DNA of 64,000 nucleotides from a virus, in the IMG/VR virus record IMGVR_UViG_3300021479_000010, positions 1 to 64,000 of that record. One strand, 5' to 3'. The notes beneath the pieces are model-generated. The model saw nothing but the letters and a program-made list of their open reading frames with translations. It was not told the DNA's origin and made no database searches. Below, one piece after another: positions 60,025 through 64,000 of the stretch. A program made the translations under genes and the position numbers. Position 1 is the stretch's first letter, and every line of letters begins with the position of its first letter.

Positions 60025-60169
60025 TGGGATATTTACTATGGTTTTTGAAACATCTTCCTTACTTTTTGATCGGAGCTTACGGAGCCTCTTTCGCGGAGTA
60101 CAAGCTCAAATATAATCTTTATGATCTGACTAAGGACAAGATTGTTTCGCTGTTCAACAAGAAGAAATA

Positions 60170-61975
60170 ATGGGCTACGAGGCTCTTAAGAACGATAAGA
60201 TCGAATTCTTGAGAAAATGCTGGGCCGGATACGCCCCGCAAGTTCAGAAGGAATGGGGTATCGATCTATCCGACGGGCTAGAGCTAAGGCACAAAGCTCA
60301 AACGGATTTGTTCTGGCTCTGCAATATCCTTGGCCGAACAAAGTTGCGGGGCAAACGCGAATGGAACGGGTATCAAATCGATACCCACCAAGAGATGTGC
60401 GATTTCTTTGTTCACAAAGACCCCTTGTTTAAGACGTTCGAAGAATTTGCAAAGCAAGATAAAGAAACCCACAACCGGCTTCTGCTCGTTCCTCGCGGTG
60501 GGTACAAGTCCACCATTAATATCGCGGATTGCGTTCAGTGGACGATTTGTTTCCCCGATATCGCTATCCTGTCATTGACAGGTGTTCGTAAACTCGCAGT
60601 TGACTTCGTTGGTGAATATACAACGTATTTCACACTGTCTGAAGACGGAACCCCGCGATACGTCCGAATTGACGGTGAAGATAGAATTAGTCTATTCCAG
60701 ATTTTATTTCCAGAACATTGCATTCGTCCGCAGGATGCTAAGCAGGACGAATTTACAACTCCGGCGCGGCGGGTAAATAGCAAAGAGCCGACCATTATGG
60801 CGGCGGGTATTGAGCAGAGTTTATCCGGCTGGCACTTCGATATTCTCAAACCAGACGACGTGGTAACGAATGACAACTCTTATACCCAGCACAAAATCCA
60901 GTGGGTCAATCGACAACTAGGAATTGACCACGCGATGCTCCATCCTTATGGATATTACGATAAGGTTGGAACCTGGTACGACATCGCGGATACTTACGGA
61001 CAAGATATTAAGGCCGAAGAAGAATTAAAGAAGGAAGGTCGCGATCCTTCGATTAAGATTCTACTTCGTTCTGCATTGTGGCTGAAACCAGAAGCAATTG
61101 CTCGGGGCGTGAATGATGATAACGCCCGCGAAGAAGATTATATCTTGTGGTTTCCAGAAGGACTCAGTTATGAGTTCCTAATGGATCAGCGGCGCAAGAA
61201 TCAAGAAACTTACGCTATTAAATACCTTAATAATCCCCTTGCTGCGCACCAGATTAAGTTTCCTCGCGAACTACTGATCGCACGAACGGTTGATACGATT
61301 CCTCAAAGTGGAATTGTATTCGAAGCTTGGGACCTCGCATATTCTGAGAAAGAATCTGCGAAATATACCGTAGGAATGGCTGGACTATTCAGTTCCGACG
61401 GTATCTATCTTATCGATATGGTGCGTGGTCGATTCGGGGAATACGAACTTCCCGGTGTGATGGCTGCGTTTGCGCACAAGTGGAAGCCGCGCAGAGTCGC
61501 CGTTGAGGATTCAATGGGTGCTCGATGGCTCAAGCGTGGAATAGATGAAGAACTCGCCAAGACCAGAACGAATGTAGCCTTTGAATTTATTTCCCTCGGC
61601 AAAGGCAGCAAAGCCAAGAGTAAGGAAATAAAGGCCAAGGGCGCGTCCAATATGCTCGGTACTGGACGACTTTTCTTTTGGAAGTCCATGACTGGATTGC
61701 AAGACGCCTACAACGAAATGGAAGCTTTTCCAAAAGGCACGTTTACTGACATCGTTTGTTCTTTATCTTTGCTGGTCAATCACTTCTCAAATTTTACTTA
61801 TGCAGTGATGCCAACCGAGCCCATTTTCATAACTGAAAGAATGGAACGAGTTCAGAGAGACATGGTTTATGGCCTCGGGGCTTACGCACCAAAGGTGCAA
61901 GATCAGACGATGATTGCCTTACAGGGTGAACAAGACGTGGACTATGACCCTCTTGCCCAATCAGGGCTCTACTAG
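60170..61975 (+). CDS. terL: terminase large subunit
   Basis: LLVPRGGYKST, LSGWHFD..PDDVV, VGTWY..D.YG, YLNNP, nuclease AWDLA..AVED..FPKG..DIV. Confidence 0.85.
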   Translation: MGYEALKNDKIEFLRKCWAGYAPQVQKEWGIDLSDGLELRHKAQTDLFWLCNILGRTKLRGKREWNGYQIDTHQEMCDFFVHKDPLFKTFEEFAKQDKETHNRLLLVPRGGYKSTINIADCVQWTICFPDIAILSLTGVRKLAVDFVGEYTTYFTLSEDGTPRYVRIDGEDRISLFQILFPEHCIRPQDAKQDEFTTPARRVNSKEPTIMAAGIEQSLSGWHFDILKPDDVVTNDNSYTQHKIQWVNRQLGIDHAMLHPYGYYDKVGTWYDIADTYGQDIKAEEELKKEGRDPSIKILLRSALWLKPEAIARGVNDDNAREEDYILWFPEGLSYEFLMDQRRKNQETYAIKYLNNPLAAHQIKFPRELLIARTVDTIPQSGIVFEAWDLAYSEKESAKYTVGMAGLFSSDGIYLIDMVRGRFGEYELPGVMAAFAHKWKPRRVAVEDSMGARWLKRGIDEELAKTRTNVAFEFISLGKGSKAKSKEIKAKGASNMLGTGRLFFWKSMTGLQDAYNEMEAFPKGTFTDIVCSLSLLVNHFSNFTYAVMPTEPIFITERMERVQRDMVYGLGAYAPKVQDQTMIALQGEQDVDYDPLAQSGLY

Positions 61976-61981
61976 AGGCAC

Positions 61982-62585
61982 ATGGATTTCATTGATTATT
62001 CTGCCAAGAGCGTCTGCAAGACGCCAACGCTTTCCGTAACAGCCAGCACTTCGAGTCCAAAAACTCTTTATCAGGTCCACACTGATTTGATTTTTATCAA
62101 TGTTGGTAGCGGCTGGGTTCCAATGGCGCAACCTTCCAGTAGTTCTGTGTATTCTGGATATACGACTTTGCCCGCTTCCACGCAAGCCAACGTTGTTACC
62201 AGTTTGGCCGTTACTGCCCCGTTGGGAAGCGTAACAGTTAAAACCGGCAATGCAATTGATACCGCGATTCGCGGACACAAATAGGAGATATATGTCTAAC
62301 GTTTCGACTGTTCTGCCCGCCAATATCATTAAAACTGCTCGAACTGCGGCGACTGCTGCGGCTTCTAGCACCGCGACGCCATATGATAGCGGTAATATTA
62401 TTACTTGGTCGCTTCCGGGATTTCCGACAACTAAGTTAGTTAACGGCTCGCAAAGTTTCTCCACCAAGGCTGGAGAAGTATTTACGGATTTCGCATCTGG
62501 ACAAGTTGTAACTGCCAGCACAGATGTTAGCGGTTCTACGTTGACCTACAGCTTGCAAGCCGGGACACCAGCAAATAACGACTAA
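61982..62585 (+). other. two small S/T-rich probable virion proteins (61982..62284 and about 62292..62585)
   Basis: GAGG and AGGAG RBSs; S/T/A/V-rich; located between terL and the portal. Confidence 0.5.
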
Positions 62586-63125
62586 TGCGCCAAATTGGTG
62601 CTTACACAATAATAGAAGATGGTGAGGAGAAATTCTACACCATCCTCGATTGTGAATGCCACTTACAAGTAATGGTTGGAATGTTCTTCGAAGAAGACCT
62701 TCCTTGCCCACTCCACGAAGAATATAGATATTTCTACGATTTTAATGATGGAAAGCCGCATAGGAAATAATATGACTACGAATAGATTGATTCCGCCAAC
62801 TGTACAAGAAACCACCACTGGGGGAGTTTACCCCGCCCCGCAGCCACAGCATGTTTGTCCGGCTTGCGGATATTGCCCGTGCTGCGGACGTGGGTACGGA
62901 TTTCAGCCGCCATATTATGTTCCCCAACCGCACTATGTTCCTCCGACAATGCCGTACTACAGATATCCGTGGACAGTAACCTGCTAAATCTTGTAACGAA
63001 CCGTCTGCTGTTCTGAACCAAGCGGCCAGTTTTTAAGCCACTGCTTTCGAGATTCGCCGTAGTCAAAACGAGAAATGCTGACGGGAATGCCATCATCCGC
63101 TATAAGAATAACTGTATTTCCATCA

Positions 63126-63671
63126 TTACTGATTACTTTGGATTTCATCGTTTCTTTTTCCATTATTGTTCTCCGGTAGATTTAATTTAGCAAATTCTCC
63201 AAAATAGTGTAAGGCCGCTCGATCATAAGCTTCCACGGCTTCCGCCTCGGTTTTGAATTGCCCTAAATTGATAGTCTTCTTGCTAACGGTTATGATGGCC
63301 CGCCATCTTTTTTGATCCGAGCGCCAGCGGATACCTTTAAAAGTAGTCCCGATGGATGGCTGTCTCTTTTGGCGATTCTGCCCGTTAGTGACGTGCGTGG
63401 CGATTCTGAGATTATCGCGGGTATTGTTCAAACCATCGCCATCTTTGTGATCAACCTTAATTTTTGGATCGGCAACTCCTAAAATCAATCGATGCATGTG
63501 TTGCGTGGTTCGATTGGATTTAGGACCAACTGTGCGAATGGCGTAAACCGCGTACAGTAGACCTTTGCGCCAAGTTTCCTGCGCTTGCCATTTTCGGCCA
63601 GCAACAATTTCATCATATTTATCATCATCTACTAAAGCAATATATCCCTTAGTTAATTTGATCTGCTTCAT
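63126..63671 (-). CDS. HNH-AP2 homing endonuclease
   Basis: MHRLIL..VDHKDGDGLNNTRDNLRIAT..N; FKGI..WRA.I..LGQFKTEAEAVEAYD..FGEFAKLN. Confidence 0.9.
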   Translation of the reverse strand: MKQIKLTKGYIALVDDDKYDEIVAGRKWQAQETWRKGLLYAVYAIRTVGPKSNRTTQHMHRLILGVADPKIKVDHKDGDGLNNTRDNLRIATHVTNGQNRQKRQPSIGTTFKGIRWRSDQKRWRAIITVSKKTINLGQFKTEAEAVEAYDRAALHYFGEFAKLNLPENNNGKRNDEIQSNQ

Positions 63672-63680
63672 AATCTCTAT

Positions 63681-63709
63681 ATTATACGATCAAGATTGAG
63701 AATTGTCAA
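63681..63709 (-). promoter_or_regulatory. consensus promoter for the HNH-AP2 gene
   Basis: TTGACA-17-TATAAT, 9 nt before the ATG. Confidence 0.75.
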
Positions 63710-64000
63710 TGGCCTTGTTGCAACATGACGGAAACGAACATAAAGTCCTAGAAGGGACAGACTTTACTTCGTCCGGAGAATTAAAGACTCGGGAAGATAC
63801 CACCGCTCTCGTTGTGGGTTTTGCGGAAAAATCTGAAACGTGGATCGCAAGCAAGCAGTGGAATTTGATGTGGAGGGACGCAGATTTACTGTTCCAAGCG
63901 CCCCGTCCGATGTCTGTTGTAGAAAATACTTATGTACTAGAACCTAACGTGCAGAGGTTCACTGTTGCAAAAGTAGTTAACTCGGTGGTGCCTCAATTAT
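63709..64000 (+). CDS. probable portal protein, N-terminal part
   Basis: Open frame MALLQHDGNEHK..WNLMWRDADLLFQ..TVAKVVNSVVPQL to the window end; first large ORF after terL. Assignment rests mainly on position. Confidence 0.55.
   Translation, partial: MALLQHDGNEHKVLEGTDFTSSGELKTREDTTALVVGFAEKSETWIASKQWNLMWRDADLLFQAPRPMSVVENTYVLEPNVQRFTVAKVVNSVVPQL

Noticed and set aside
1-64000. Diversity-generating retroelement or retron
   Set aside because: No reverse transcriptase ORF and no template/variable repeat pair seen.
1-64000. Stop-codon reassignment
   Set aside because: Core genes are full length in code 11 and all three stops end genes; the integrase break is a frameshift, not an in-frame stop.
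1-64000. tRNA genes
   Set aside because: No cloverleaf with T-loop and D-loop consensus was recognised by eye; tRNAscan or ARAGORN would be needed to exclude them.

Overview
64 kb of a large tailed dsDNA phage genome (standard genetic code). Layout: (i) 0.2-3.7 kb, end of the virion module (tail fibre, tailspike); (ii) 4.1-40.8 kb, a leftward arm with nucleotide-pool enzymes, RecA, lysis genes, beta clamp, RNA ligase, primase-helicase, initiator, SSB/ERF, a frameshifted tyrosine integrase, PolA, several exported host-like proteins and many small ORFs; (iii) divergent sigma70-like promoters at 40.4-41.0 kb and a rightward run of small ORFs to about 45.7 kb; (iv) a possible genome-end region near 45.8-45.95 kb; (v) an 8-gene sugar-nucleotide/glycosyltransferase/methylase operon (47.7-55.1 kb); (vi) large terminase and the start of a probable portal. 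About ten homing-type endonuclease genes are scattered through it. The host is tentatively Acidobacteriota, inferred only from the style of the exported proteins. The most striking unexplained signals are three DNA motif families. (A) About 19 copies of a 27-33 bp quasi-palindrome, (AAA)CTAGTTTAA-N9-TTAAWMMAG(WWT), sit at junctions between small accessory genes around the integrase; one small ORF is flanked by a near-exact duplication of the site, suggesting a gene-cassette system or stoperator array. (B) 23 perfect GTCC-N6-GGAC palindromes, mostly inside genes. (C) About 85 copies of CCCCGCA/TGCGGGG. All counts were made by eye and all family names by motif recognition; no searches were run.
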